Shown here: one piece after another, positions 39,611-49,374 of the stretch
Position numbering within the stretch: the stretch's first letter is position 1
Layout of the letters: each line of letters opens with the position of its first letter
Assembly: GCA_965238005.1 (NCBI GenBank)
Contig: OZ250165.1
Span: 2,048,001 to 2,112,000, forward strand
Direction: 5' to 3'
From: Longimicrobiales bacterium
Lineage (GTDB): Bacteria > Gemmatimonadota > Gemmatimonadetes > Longimicrobiales > Gaopeijiaceae
DNA: 64,000 nucleotides
The notes under the pieces: generated by a model
What the model was told of the DNA's origin: nothing
The model's input: the letters and a program-made list of their open reading frames with translations, nothing else
Databases searched by the model: none
Translations under genes and position numbers: made by a program

Positions 39611-42600
39611 TCAGCGCTGTTCCATGCGGATCCTGAGGAGATCGGCCTCGGGGAAGGGTGAGTATCCGGCCTCTTGAAGGCGCTGGCTATAGGCCGAAAC
39701 CGCGCCGTCGAAGATGGCGTTCACCTCGTCGATGATGCCCTGGAGCGCCTCTTCCGCCTGTGCGAGCATGAGGCGCTCGTTGGCCGTCGGTGCATCAGGC
39801 GAGCTCCCCAGAAAGCGGAGGGGTCGCCGCACCGCGTTGGACGTCAGCCTGCTTCGTCCGCATATGCCCTGGCACGGCGGGCCCGCGAAGAGGCGCTCTC
39901 GCATCTCCTCGAGGGATTCCTCGAGCTCCGCACCCTCCTCCCGGAGATCCTCTCCCCCATCTCGCCCGCGAAGAGACTCCTGCACGGTCTCGGCGATCCG
40001 GATCGCACGCTCCAGGCGTTCCTGAGCGTCGCTGAGGGCGGTGGTCATGGTCTGGGCGCGCTCCACGGCCTGGAGCTTGGCGATCCGCCGCGTCAGGGAG
40101 ATGTCCTCACGGCTATCCTCCAGCACGGTGACTTCTCCCGTCGACACCGAATCACCCAACGTAACACGTACCGTATACATACCCCCCAGCACCTCCGAAC
40201 CCTCCTCGTCAGGCTCGCTCTCACCGCTGCGGCGCAGGTTCCAGACGACCCGATTGACCCCCAACTCGGCGGATCCGCTCAGCGTCCGTATCGAGCTTCC
40301 GTCTACGTCGAGAATGTCGATGGTGGCTTCCTTGCCGCCTTCCACTCCCACCCAGTAGTTGATGAGGGCCCCGTAGGGGCGCATCGCGCCGAGCATCATG
40401 GCGTGCCCAACCGAGCGATAGCCGATGGTTTCCGCCGTGGCGTGCTTCTGGGCGGGCGCCATGGGGAGCACCCTCAGCACGTCACCGGCCAGGCCCAGGT
40501 CCCGGGCGGCTTCCCGAAGCGGCCGGATGTCGTCGATGACGTAGGCTCCCCGGCCGTGCGTTCCCACAACCAGATCGTGATCCCGGGGATGGATGCGCAG
40601 ATCGCGCACCGGAGCCGGCGGGACGCCATGATTCCAATGGATCCAGGAATCACCCCCGTCGAGGCTCACGCGAAGCCCGAACTCGGTGCCCAAGAACAGC
40701 AGATTGGGCTCTTCCGTATCCTCACGTATCACATGAATAAAGCCGTCTATTCCATTGGTGTTCAACGTATTCCAGCTCTGCCCAAGGTCTTCGGTCTTGT
40801 AGACATACGGTTCCCAGTTCCCCCGGCGGTGATCCTCCAGAACCACGTACGCCGTCTGCGGATCATGGTGTGAGGGCTCGACGTGGGGGACCCACGTCCC
40901 TCTCGGAACGCCGCGGATGCGGACGCCCGTGTTCCTCCACGTCCCCCCGTCGTCTTCGGTGACCTGCACGTTGCCGTCGTCGGTGGACGCCCAGATGAGC
41001 CCCGGCTGAAGCGGACTCGGCGAGATCGACAGGATCGTGGTGTGGTTCTCCGCTCCGGTAGCATCGAGGGTGAGCCCGCCGCTCTGGTGCTGCCGCTGCT
41101 TCTCGGCGTCATTCGTGGTCAGGTCCGGAGAGATGATTTCCCAGCTGTTGCCATGGTCCCTTGTCCGATGGACGAACTGGCTGCCGAGGTACAGGACGCT
41201 GGGGTCATGGGGATCGACGTTGAGCGCCGCATTCCAGTTGAAGCGCAGGTAATCGCCTTGGGGATGGACGGGCTGGATCTCCACGCGCCGACCGGTTTCC
41301 TTGTCGAAACGTATCAGGTTTCCCCGTTGCGACATGGAATAGCCGTAGCGCGAGTCCGTCGGATCGTTGAACACGGCGAAGCCGTCTCCGCTGCCCACCC
41401 GGCGCCAGTGGGCGTTCATGATGCCACGGTTCTCCCACACGGTGCTCGGGCCGTACCAGCTCCCATTGTCCTGCAGCCCCCCGTACACGTTGAAGGGCGC
41501 TTCGTTATCGAGGCTGATGTGGTAGAACTGAGCCAGCGTGAGGTTCTCCACAAAGCGCCAGCGCTTCCCGCGATCGTAGGTGAAGGCGATCCCGCCATCG
41601 TTCCCGATGATCATGTGGCGACCGTTTTCGGGGTCGATCCAGAGCTCGTGTACGTCGCCGTGGATCGTGGAGCTCGGCACCACGGTTTCGAAGTTGCGTC
41701 CCTGGTCCTCACTGACCTGGATGCTCCCGTGTAGGGAGTAGATGCGATTCTCGTTCTGGGGATCCACCCGGAGATCAGCGTAATAGAAGGGCCGGGGAAC
41801 GACGCCGGAGTGATCGTTGATGGTCTCCCAGCTCCGGCCTCCGTCCTCGGAGCGGATCAGCTCGCTCTTCTCGGCCTCCACAAGGGCGTAGACGACGTCG
41901 GGATTGGAGGGCGCGACGGCGAGTCCGATGCGGCCCAGGTTGCCCGGCGGTAGCCCGTCGTCTTCGGTGTAGCGGACCCAGGAGTCGCCTCCGTCATACG
42001 TAACGTATAGGCCGCTGCCGGGGCCTCCCGACTCGAAGAACCACGGCCAGCGCCTGAATTCCCACATCGCCGCAAAAAGCTTGTTGGGGTTGCTGGGGTC
42101 CATGATCAGGTCCCCGGCACCCGTGCGCTCGTTCACGTACAGGATCCGGTCCCATGTCCGCCCGCCGTCCCTGGTGCGGAAGATTCCCCGGACTTCTCCA
42201 TCGCTCCAGGCCGGACCCATGGCCGCAACGTACGCCACCGCGGGATCTGTGGGGTGAGTGATGATCCGGTGGATCCGCTCAGAGCCCTCGAGGCCCACGT
42301 TGGTCCACGTGTCGCCGCCGTCGAGACTGCGGAACACACCGTTCCCGACTCCGGCGGAGTTACGTGGATTCCCCTCCCCCGTGCCCACCCAGACGACGTC
42401 GGGCGTCGCTTGCGAGACCGCCACGGCTCCGATTCCCAGAACAGGCTGGTCGTCGAAGATAGGCACCCACTCGATGCCGCCATCGACGGAGCGCCACACC
42501 CCCCCGGTTGCGGAACCCACGTAGATGATGTTGAGGTCGGAAATCACTACGTCTACGTCCGCCACCCGCCCGCTCATGCCTGCCGGTCCGATGGAGCGAC

Positions 42601-42724
42601 CTCGGATCTGAGCGAAGTGCTCCGTGGTGTACTGTGCCGCCGACGGAGAGGTGCCGAGAAACAACGCCCAGGCCGCAAGGACCGTTCCCAGGAGGTTATG
42701 GGTCTGTCGAGTCATTCGATTCAT
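39611..42724 (-). CDS. secreted VPS10/BNR-repeat beta-propeller protein (glycosyl hydrolase-like), paralog 1
   Basis: Signal peptide, RSIGPAGMSGR, multiple SxDGGxTW Asp boxes, GGLQDNGSW, GTHGRG. Confidence 0.88.
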   Translation of the reverse strand: MNRMTRQTHNLLGTVLAAWALFLGTSPSAAQYTTEHFAQIRGRSIGPAGMSGRVADVDVVISDLNIIYVGSATGGVWRSVDGGIEWVPIFDDQPVLGIGAVAVSQATPDVVWVGTGEGNPRNSAGVGNGVFRSLDGGDTWTNVGLEGSERIHRIITHPTDPAVAYVAAMGPAWSDGEVRGIFRTRDGGRTWDRILYVNERTGAGDLIMDPSNPNKLFAAMWEFRRWPWFFESGGPGSGLYVTYDGGDSWVRYTEDDGLPPGNLGRIGLAVAPSNPDVVYALVEAEKSELIRSEDGGRSWETINDHSGVVPRPFYYADLRVDPQNENRIYSLHGSIQVSEDQGRNFETVVPSSTIHGDVHELWIDPENGRHMIIGNDGGIAFTYDRGKRWRFVENLTLAQFYHISLDNEAPFNVYGGLQDNGSWYGPSTVWENRGIMNAHWRRVGSGDGFAVFNDPTDSRYGYSMSQRGNLIRFDKETGRRVEIQPVHPQGDYLRFNWNAALNVDPHDPSVLYLGSQFVHRTRDHGNSWEIISPDLTTNDAEKQRQHQSGGLTLDATGAENHTTILSISPSPLQPGLIWASTDDGNVQVTEDDGGTWRNTGVRIRGVPRGTWVPHVEPSHHDPQTAYVVLEDHRRGNWEPYVYKTEDLGQSWNTLNTNGIDGFIHVIREDTEEPNLLFLGTEFGLRVSLDGGDSWIHWNHGVPPAPVRDLRIHPRDHDLVVGTHGRGAYVIDDIRPLREAARDLGLAGDVLRVLPMAPAQKHATAETIGYRSVGHAMMLGAMRPYGALINYWVGVEGGKEATIDILDVDGSSIRTLSGSAELGVNRVVWNLRRSGESEPDEEGSEVLGGMYTVRVTLGDSVSTGEVTVLEDSREDISLTRRIAKLQAVERAQTMTTALSDAQERLERAIRIAETVQESLRGRDGGEDLREEGAELEESLEEMRERLFAGPPCQGICGRSRLTSNAVRRPLRFLGSSPDAPTANERLMLAQAEEALQGIIDEVNAIFDGAVSAYSQRLQEAGYSPFPEADLLRIRMEQR

Positions 42725-42835
42725 TTCTACTCCGTCGCTTGTTGAAGCATGACATGTCGGCGCAGCGCACATCGCAGCACACAGCGGCAAGGGCCGACCG
42801 CCCTCGGCTTCTGATGATGGGCAGCTCGCCCCATC

Positions 42836-45800
42836 CTATCCGATCGGCCCCATGGACGGGAAAACGTCCAGATTGGCCGCCTCGACCTGGTTACGGAAGC
42901 GGGTCACGTCCAGCAACAGGAAATCGTTGATCCGCTCCGTCAGGATGTCCAGCGCCGCCTCCATCCGGATCAGGTCGACGCGCTGGCCTTCCGTCGGCGC
43001 ATCGTACGAGGACGACAGGCCGGACACACCTGAGCGATGCTGGTCGACGCCCTCGAAGTCGGCAACCTCCTCTAGACGTCGCTGAAGGCGTTGCCCGGAG
43101 GTTACCAGCTCCGCACCGACGGACCGGGCGTCGGACTCCAGGAGCATGAGAACCCGGTCGACGCCCTCCCTGACGCTGTTCGTGGCCCGCTGCAGCTCGG
43201 TCACGCGGACGTTGAGCTCCTGCGCTCTCTTCAGGGCCTGGTATTTTGTGATCCGGTCGGTCATCTCGATTTCGACCCTGGGATCGGGGAGAACGTCGAG
43301 GGTCTGCCGACTTTCGGCGCGCCCCCTGGTGATCCGCACCGTGTACGCACCAGGCAACACCTGGGGTGCCTGGGGCGCTCCCCCGGAGCCCACACCCCCG
43401 CCCCCCGTAGGCTGGAAGTCGAGGAGCACCTCGGGGAGGTCCTCCCGGAGATCCCAGGAAACCCGGTTGAGGCCCGGGCTTCGGGTGCCCTGCAGGGTCC
43501 GGACCACGTGATCCTCGAAGTCGAGGACCTCGATCGTCACAGGCCCGTCGTCGTTGTCCTCGCCCAACCAATAGGAAAAGAGGGCTCCCGGCTCGCGAGC
43601 ACGGCCCTGGTACATGGCATCGGCCAGGAAGTGGTAGCCATCCGCTTCTGCCGTGGTATGCACGTACGCCACGGGCGGCTCGAAGAAGAAGAGGGCCACG
43701 TCGGCGGCGCCGGGGTTGGTCGCGAGCTCCCTCAGCGGCCGGATGTCATCGAGGACGTAGATGGCCCTTCCGTGCGTTCCGATGACCAGATCGTGATCCC
43801 TGGGGTGGATCACCAGAGATCGCACCGGAACCGACGGCAACCCGTGGGTCCATTTGAACCAGTCGTCTCCCCCGCTCAGGGTGACGTACAGCCCGAACTC
43901 GGTGCCGGCGAAGAGAAGCTGTTCGGCCCGTGGATCCTGCTCCAGCGTATGAACGTAGCCGTCGATGTCGTCTTCGTCGGCGATGCGATCCCAGTCGTCT
44001 CCGTAGTCGTCCGTCCGGTAGATGTAGGGCTCCCAGTCGCCCCGGCGGTGATCGTCGAAGACGGCGAAAGCGCCCCCCGCCCGGAACTTGGACGCCTCGA
44101 TGTGGGCCACCCAGCTATTGTCCGGGACCCCGCCGATCCCGTCGGTGACGTCGCTCCACTGGCCCCCAGCGGAAGACGTGACCTGCACCTTCCCGTCGTC
44201 CGTGCCCACCCAGACCACATCCTGCGACAGGGCGCTGGGGGCGATGGTCAGGATGGTCGTGTGGTTCTCCGCACCGGTGGCGTCCTTCGTCAGCCCCCCG
44301 CTCTCCTCCTGCTTTTGCTTGTCCGGGTCGTTCGTGGTGAGGTCGGCGCTGATGATCTGCCAGGTGCCACCCCGATCCACGCTCTTGTGGACGAATTGGC
44401 TCCCGTAATAGATGCCCCCGGGGATGTACGGATCGGCCGCGATGGCCGCGTTCCAGTTGAAGCGCAGCCGGGTGGAGTCGGGCGCCCAGGGACGGATGCG
44501 CTTGCGCTCGCCGGTGCGGACGTCGAAGCGTATCAGGTCGCCGCCCTGAGACATGGCATAGCCATAGCTCGGATCCTCGGTGTCCACCAGGGTGCCGAAG
44601 CCGTTGCCAAATGCCACTTTCTTCCAGTGGTAGTTCCGGATCCCGCCGCTCTCCCAAACGTCCGAAGGCCCCTCCCAAGACCCGTTGTCCTGCATGCCTC
44701 CGTACACGTTGTACGGCACATCCATGTCCACCGAGACGTGGTAGAGCTGACCCACCGGCAGATTGTCGATCATCCGCCAGCTCGCGCCGCCGTCCCGCGA
44801 CACGTAGACGCCTCCGTCGGTGCCGGCATAGAGGTGCTGCGGATCCCGAGGGTCGATCCACAGGGCGTGGAAGTCGGGGTGGACCCCCTGCCCCATGTTC
44901 TCGAAGGTCCGGCCGCCGTCATCACTCCTCTCGAGACGGGAGTGGAGCTGGTAGAGCCGAAGCTCGTTTTCCGGGTCGACGAAGATGTCGCTGTAGTAGA
45001 ACGGCCGCGGACTGACCCCTGTGCCGCTCCTCACGGTCCTCCAGCTCCGCCCACCGTCCGACGAGCGGAGTAGCGCGCTTTCACGTGCTTCCACGAGGGC
45101 GTATACGATGCGCGGATCGGTGGGGTACACCGCCAGACCGATCCGGCCCAGCTCTCCCCCGGGAAGACCGTCCGCCTCGTCTGCCCGCCGCCAGCTCGCC
45201 CCTCCGTCGACGGTGACGTAGAGTCCGCTACCCGGGCCTCCCGACTCGAAGAACCAAGGGGAGCGCCGGAAGGACCACATGCCCACGATGAGCTTGTCGG
45301 GGTTCGTGGGATCCATAACCATGTCGGAGACGCCTGTCCGCTCGTCGACATAGAGGATCCGTTCCCAGCTCCGCCCGCCGTCCACCGTCTTGAAGACTCC
45401 CCGCTCCTGTCCGTCGCTCCACGAGGGCCCCATGGCTCCCACGTAGGCGATGTCGGCGTCGGTGGGGTGTAACAGGATCCGGTGGATCCGCTCCGACCTG
45501 TCGAGGCCCAAGAGCGTCCAGGTATCGCCGCCGTCGATGGACTTGTAGACCCCGCCCCCCACGCCTGCGCTGTTGCGAGGGTTGCCCTCTCCGGTTCCGA
45601 CCCAGACGACGTCGGGGTTGGACTGGTCGACGACTACGGCACCGATACCCAGGACACGCTGGTCGTCGAAGACGGCCTTCCAGGTCTGGCCTCCGTTCGT
45701 CGACTTCCAGACACCGCCTGTGGCCGCTCCCACGTAGACGACGTCGGGATCGGTCGCCAGGGCATCGATCGCGGCGATGCGACCACTCATGCCCGCAGGA

Positions 45801-45919
45801 CCGATGCTTCGGGCCTGCATGGCGGCCAGCTGGTGCTCCCTCACCTGGCCCTGCAGTGACGGCACGCCCAGGAGCAAGGGGAGGAGCAGGTGCAGTCCGG
45901 CCAAGAATCTTCCCGTCAT
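42836..45919 (-). CDS. secreted VPS10/BNR-repeat beta-propeller protein, paralog 2
   Basis: Same motifs as the downstream paralog (RSIGPAGMSGR, GGMQDNGSW, LRFNWNA, GAENHTTI). Confidence 0.88.
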   Translation of the reverse strand: MTGRFLAGLHLLLPLLLGVPSLQGQVREHQLAAMQARSIGPAGMSGRIAAIDALATDPDVVYVGAATGGVWKSTNGGQTWKAVFDDQRVLGIGAVVVDQSNPDVVWVGTGEGNPRNSAGVGGGVYKSIDGGDTWTLLGLDRSERIHRILLHPTDADIAYVGAMGPSWSDGQERGVFKTVDGGRSWERILYVDERTGVSDMVMDPTNPDKLIVGMWSFRRSPWFFESGGPGSGLYVTVDGGASWRRADEADGLPGGELGRIGLAVYPTDPRIVYALVEARESALLRSSDGGRSWRTVRSGTGVSPRPFYYSDIFVDPENELRLYQLHSRLERSDDGGRTFENMGQGVHPDFHALWIDPRDPQHLYAGTDGGVYVSRDGGASWRMIDNLPVGQLYHVSVDMDVPYNVYGGMQDNGSWEGPSDVWESGGIRNYHWKKVAFGNGFGTLVDTEDPSYGYAMSQGGDLIRFDVRTGERKRIRPWAPDSTRLRFNWNAAIAADPYIPGGIYYGSQFVHKSVDRGGTWQIISADLTTNDPDKQKQEESGGLTKDATGAENHTTILTIAPSALSQDVVWVGTDDGKVQVTSSAGGQWSDVTDGIGGVPDNSWVAHIEASKFRAGGAFAVFDDHRRGDWEPYIYRTDDYGDDWDRIADEDDIDGYVHTLEQDPRAEQLLFAGTEFGLYVTLSGGDDWFKWTHGLPSVPVRSLVIHPRDHDLVIGTHGRAIYVLDDIRPLRELATNPGAADVALFFFEPPVAYVHTTAEADGYHFLADAMYQGRAREPGALFSYWLGEDNDDGPVTIEVLDFEDHVVRTLQGTRSPGLNRVSWDLREDLPEVLLDFQPTGGGGVGSGGAPQAPQVLPGAYTVRITRGRAESRQTLDVLPDPRVEIEMTDRITKYQALKRAQELNVRVTELQRATNSVREGVDRVLMLLESDARSVGAELVTSGQRLQRRLEEVADFEGVDQHRSGVSGLSSSYDAPTEGQRVDLIRMEAALDILTERINDFLLLDVTRFRNQVEAANLDVFPSMGPIG

Positions 45920-46129
45920 GCAGTAGCTTCCCAAGTCGGTCAGCGGGACACGGACCGGAAGAATCTCCTCGCCAGGGCACCGACTCGCAACCCCGACCGG
46001 AGTGGTTCTTGAATCGGCGGCCGGCGCCGTCGGGAACCGAATGGTGCCGAGGACCTGGAGATATGCACATATTAGAGGCCAGACCTGCTGAGCCCCCGAT
46101 ACCCTAGCCCCGGAAGCGATCCTTTGCTG

Positions 46130-48166
46130 ATGACAGCACCCGATGACGGGGTCCCGAAGGGCGTACCCACGCAAGCACTGTACATATCGCTCGGCGCCCT
46201 CGTGGTGCCGGCCGGAGCCGCGCTTCTGGTACCCGACGTCCTGGGGGAGCAGGGCGTCCTCATCTGGCTCTTGGCCCTTACCCCGGCCTTCCTCCTGGCC
46301 TACTACAAGGGCTGGAGGGGTGCGGCCCTGGCGCTCGCGGCCGGGATGGCGACGCTGTCCATCACCCAGGTCGTCGCCCTACTCATGGGGCTGACCATTC
46401 CCTACGGCCTCTTCGGGGTGGTGGTGGCGTACATCGTCATCACCCTCTGCATCGGTTGGTTGGCGGAGGTTCTCCTACGCGACAAGAAGCGAATGGAGGG
46501 GATGGCGTTCGAAGACGGCTTGACCCACCTCCCGAACCGGCGCCACGCCCGCGTGTTCCTGGAGAACGAGTTCGCCGCCGCTCAGCGTGGACGCCTCTTG
46601 TGCGTGGTCCTGTTCGACCTGGACAACTTCAAGGGGTACAACGACCGCTATGGCCACCCCGCGGGCGACGAAGCGCTGAAGGTCTTCGCCGATATCCTCG
46701 CCAAGACCACCCGTCGCATGAACCTCTCGGCCCGCTTCGGGGGGGAGGAGTTTCTCTCGATCCTAGCGGGGTCCGACCTGGACGGAGCCGTGGCGTTCGC
46801 CGAGCGTGTTCGGGCTACGCTCACAGCCCAAGAGCTGGGCAGTGGCCCTCTCACCGTGTGCGCCGGCGTGGCGCTGCACCATCTCAGCATGGGCACACCC
46901 GACGAGCTGTTGGCGGCCGCCGATCACGCGCTCTATCGAGCCAAACGTGAGGGGCGCAACACCGTGCGCCTCTTCGGCACGACCCTCCTCGATCCGGTCT
47001 CCGGTGAGGCCCCGATGCTCGAAGCGGAACGAGTGGAGCCAGTCGACAGCGGAGAGTACCCTCGGGCCCCGGAAGAAATGGGGAAGAGCCGGCCACCCAT
47101 CATGCTCCTCCCCCAACAGATCACGGTGTTCGGCTCGGGGCGAAAGGTCCTCCTCGTGGAGGACGAGGACCCGGTCAGAGCCCTGATCTCCACATACCTC
47201 AACGGTGAGGGCTTCTCGGTCACCGAGGTCACGGACGTGACGTCGGCACTCAGCAATCTCGGCACCGAGTTCGACGTGATCGTGACCTCCCAGCTCCTCA
47301 CCGAGGGGAGCAGCACCCAGCTCGTGACGGCGGTCAAGTCACGCTGGCCGGCGACGCAGGTCCTCGTCATGACGACTTCGAGCGAGGCGCACGCCGCCGC
47401 AGAGGCCCTTGCTTCGGGAGCCGACCGGCACATGGTGAAGCCCTTCGGCATGCCCGAGCTACGGGTTCAGCTCGTCGACTGCCTGGCGCGGCGGGATCGG
47501 TTCGTGGCGGACCGTGCCGAGCAGCGGTCTGCGGCGGCTGGACAGGGGAAAGACGACGTCCGGAGCCACGTCGAGGAGGGGGCGCTGGCTCTGGTCCGGG
47601 CGGCGGAGGCGAAAGACCCCTCGACGGTCGGCCATGGGGAGACGGTCGGCGCCATGGCCCTCGAGCTCGCCAAGGCCTTGGACCCGGAGGGTGCGATGCT
47701 GGACCCGCAGGCGGTGCGGCTGGGCGGTTGGGTGCACGACATCGGAAAGATCTCCTTGTCCGAGGCACTCCTGAACAAGGAGGACCCACTCGACGAGGGT
47801 GAGTGGGCAGACATGCGCACCCACACGACCGTAGGGCGGCAGCTCCTGGCTCCTCTCCTCCGGGACGCCACCGTGGACGCGGCCGTTACCTGGCATCACG
47901 AGAGATGGGATGGCGGCGGCTATCCCGACGGGCTCGCCGGCGACGCCATTCCACTCGCCGCGCGAATCATTGCCATCGCCGACGCCCTCGCCGCCATGAC
48001 AAGCTCTCGGGCCTTCAGGGATGCCTTCTCCTTCGATGCCGCCGTGGAGAAGGTCCGGGCGTGCTTCGGCACTCGCTACGACCCCGGTCTGAAAGATGTC
48101 TTCGAGGGCGCGCTCCCAGGACTGCGGAAGGTGAAGGCGCGCTCCGAGTCGGCGGACGACGCCTAG
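46130..48166 (+). CDS. membrane-anchored GGDEF-REC-HD-GYP c-di-GMP enzyme
   Basis: N-terminal TM helices, DLDNFKGYNDRYGH, GGEEF, receiver-like domain, HDIGK, HHERWDGGGYP. Confidence 0.9.
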   Translation: MTAPDDGVPKGVPTQALYISLGALVVPAGAALLVPDVLGEQGVLIWLLALTPAFLLAYYKGWRGAALALAAGMATLSITQVVALLMGLTIPYGLFGVVVAYIVITLCIGWLAEVLLRDKKRMEGMAFEDGLTHLPNRRHARVFLENEFAAAQRGRLLCVVLFDLDNFKGYNDRYGHPAGDEALKVFADILAKTTRRMNLSARFGGEEFLSILAGSDLDGAVAFAERVRATLTAQELGSGPLTVCAGVALHHLSMGTPDELLAAADHALYRAKREGRNTVRLFGTTLLDPVSGEAPMLEAERVEPVDSGEYPRAPEEMGKSRPPIMLLPQQITVFGSGRKVLLVEDEDPVRALISTYLNGEGFSVTEVTDVTSALSNLGTEFDVIVTSQLLTEGSSTQLVTAVKSRWPATQVLVMTTSSEAHAAAEALASGADRHMVKPFGMPELRVQLVDCLARRDRFVADRAEQRSAAAGQGKDDVRSHVEEGALALVRAAEAKDPSTVGHGETVGAMALELAKALDPEGAMLDPQAVRLGGWVHDIGKISLSEALLNKEDPLDEGEWADMRTHTTVGRQLLAPLLRDATVDAAVTWHHERWDGGGYPDGLAGDAIPLAARIIAIADALAAMTSSRAFRDAFSFDAAVEKVRACFGTRYDPGLKDVFEGALPGLRKVKARSESADDA

Positions 48167-48261
48167 TGTCCCGTTACCAAAGTGTCTCGGCCAGTCGAGG
48201 GCACAGTGCATCCGTGGGCTCGGCCCTCTTGGTGGCTCGCGAACTTCGGAAACGGACACTA
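48164..48261 (-). mobile_element. MITE copy B (IS630-like, about 98 bp)
   Basis: CTAGTGTCCCGTTACCAAAGT ... ACTTCGGAAACGGACACTAG. Inverted relative to copy A, and provides the TAG stop of the GGDEF gene. Confidence 0.82.
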
Positions 48262-48267
48262 GGGCCA

Positions 48268-48912
48268 CTAAAAGCCCAGCACGAACCCGAGATCGACGAC
48301 CAGGTAGCGCTCCCGGAGCACTCCCCGGGAGGCCAGGTCCAGGTCGACCCTTCCGTAACGCACTCCCGGACTCAGTCCGAACCGGTCGGCCACCGGAATC
48401 AGGATGCCGGCTCCGGCCTCGAATCCCCAACGGCGATCCGATTCCTCGCGCACCGTTACAGCCGTCGCCCCCGTCGATCCGGCCGTTCCCAGATCGGCCT
48501 CCAGCAGGGCCGCGATGGTTCCCAGGCGGAGCCATGGCACCACGCCGGACGTTCGCAGGTTGATGCGCAGGCCGATGTCCCACGACGTCGAGACCAGGTC
48601 CGTCTCGGCACTGCATCCCGCCTCCGGACACTTGAAGCGATGCTCACTGAAGCCCACCAGGTAGGCGAGATGGCCGCGGGTCAACGCGAAGTGGACACCG
48701 AAGCTGGCGTCTGTGGAAGCCTCGCCTTCCCAACCCTCGAGGCCGGCGAATTCCGCCACGGGGATCGAGGCCCCTCCGTTCACCTCCATCTGCACCACGG
48801 AGAGCTGGGCATGTGACGCCGCGGGAGCGAGACCCCCTGCTACCGAGAGAACCCCCCACGCGATCAGTGGTGGGCCACGCGTTCGAGTTGAACTCGGGTT
48901 TCGTTCGCTCAT
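48268..48912 (-). CDS. outer-membrane beta-barrel protein
   Basis: Signal peptide, amphipathic beta strands, C-terminal GFVLGF. Confidence 0.75.
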   Translation of the reverse strand: MSERNPSSTRTRGPPLIAWGVLSVAGGLAPAASHAQLSVVQMEVNGGASIPVAEFAGLEGWEGEASTDASFGVHFALTRGHLAYLVGFSEHRFKCPEAGCSAETDLVSTSWDIGLRINLRTSGVVPWLRLGTIAALLEADLGTAGSTGATAVTVREESDRRWGFEAGAGILIPVADRFGLSPGVRYGRVDLDLASRGVLRERYLVVDLGFVLGF

Positions 48913-49084
48913 CGAAGGATGGCTTGTCTGGAAGTGATCCACCCTCGAAGACTAGGCGGTCACCCCGCCAGCCGCCACGCCTCCCGGGTCGCCTCGCATA
49001 TCGCCGTCTCGAGTGTCGGACGCGTCCATCTGTTGCCCCCCGACGGGTCGCTGAGATACCCTTGGCCTTCCTCACAACGGACCC

Positions 49085-49359
49085 AGTGTGGTGTTGCAGA
49101 AGTTCGCGAGCCACCGAGAGTGCCGAGGCGCCGGATCCGGGGTACCCGCGCCGGATGCGTGGGTCAGGCGCGACGACGAGGAATAGCAACGCGGGCACCG
49201 CGGCCGAAGGCCGTGGTCCGAGGAGGAGGAACGCCGCAGGGCCGGATGCATCGGTGCTCGAGCCGAGCGACCTTCATGCTCGTCGTGAGCGCCCAGTTGA
49301 CCGCGAGACGATCGAGCGCAGCGAGATCAATGGCCGAGACACTTCTGCAACACCACACT
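49085..49359 (+). mobile_element. MITE copy C (long form, about 275 bp)
   Basis: Perfect 19-bp TIR AGTGTGGTGTTGCAGAAGT / ACTTCTGCAACACCACACT. Shares subterminal GAAGTTCGCGAGCCACC and TGGCCGAGACACT with copies A and B. Confidence 0.82.
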
Positions 49360-49374
49360 AGATCGCGAGCCCAT

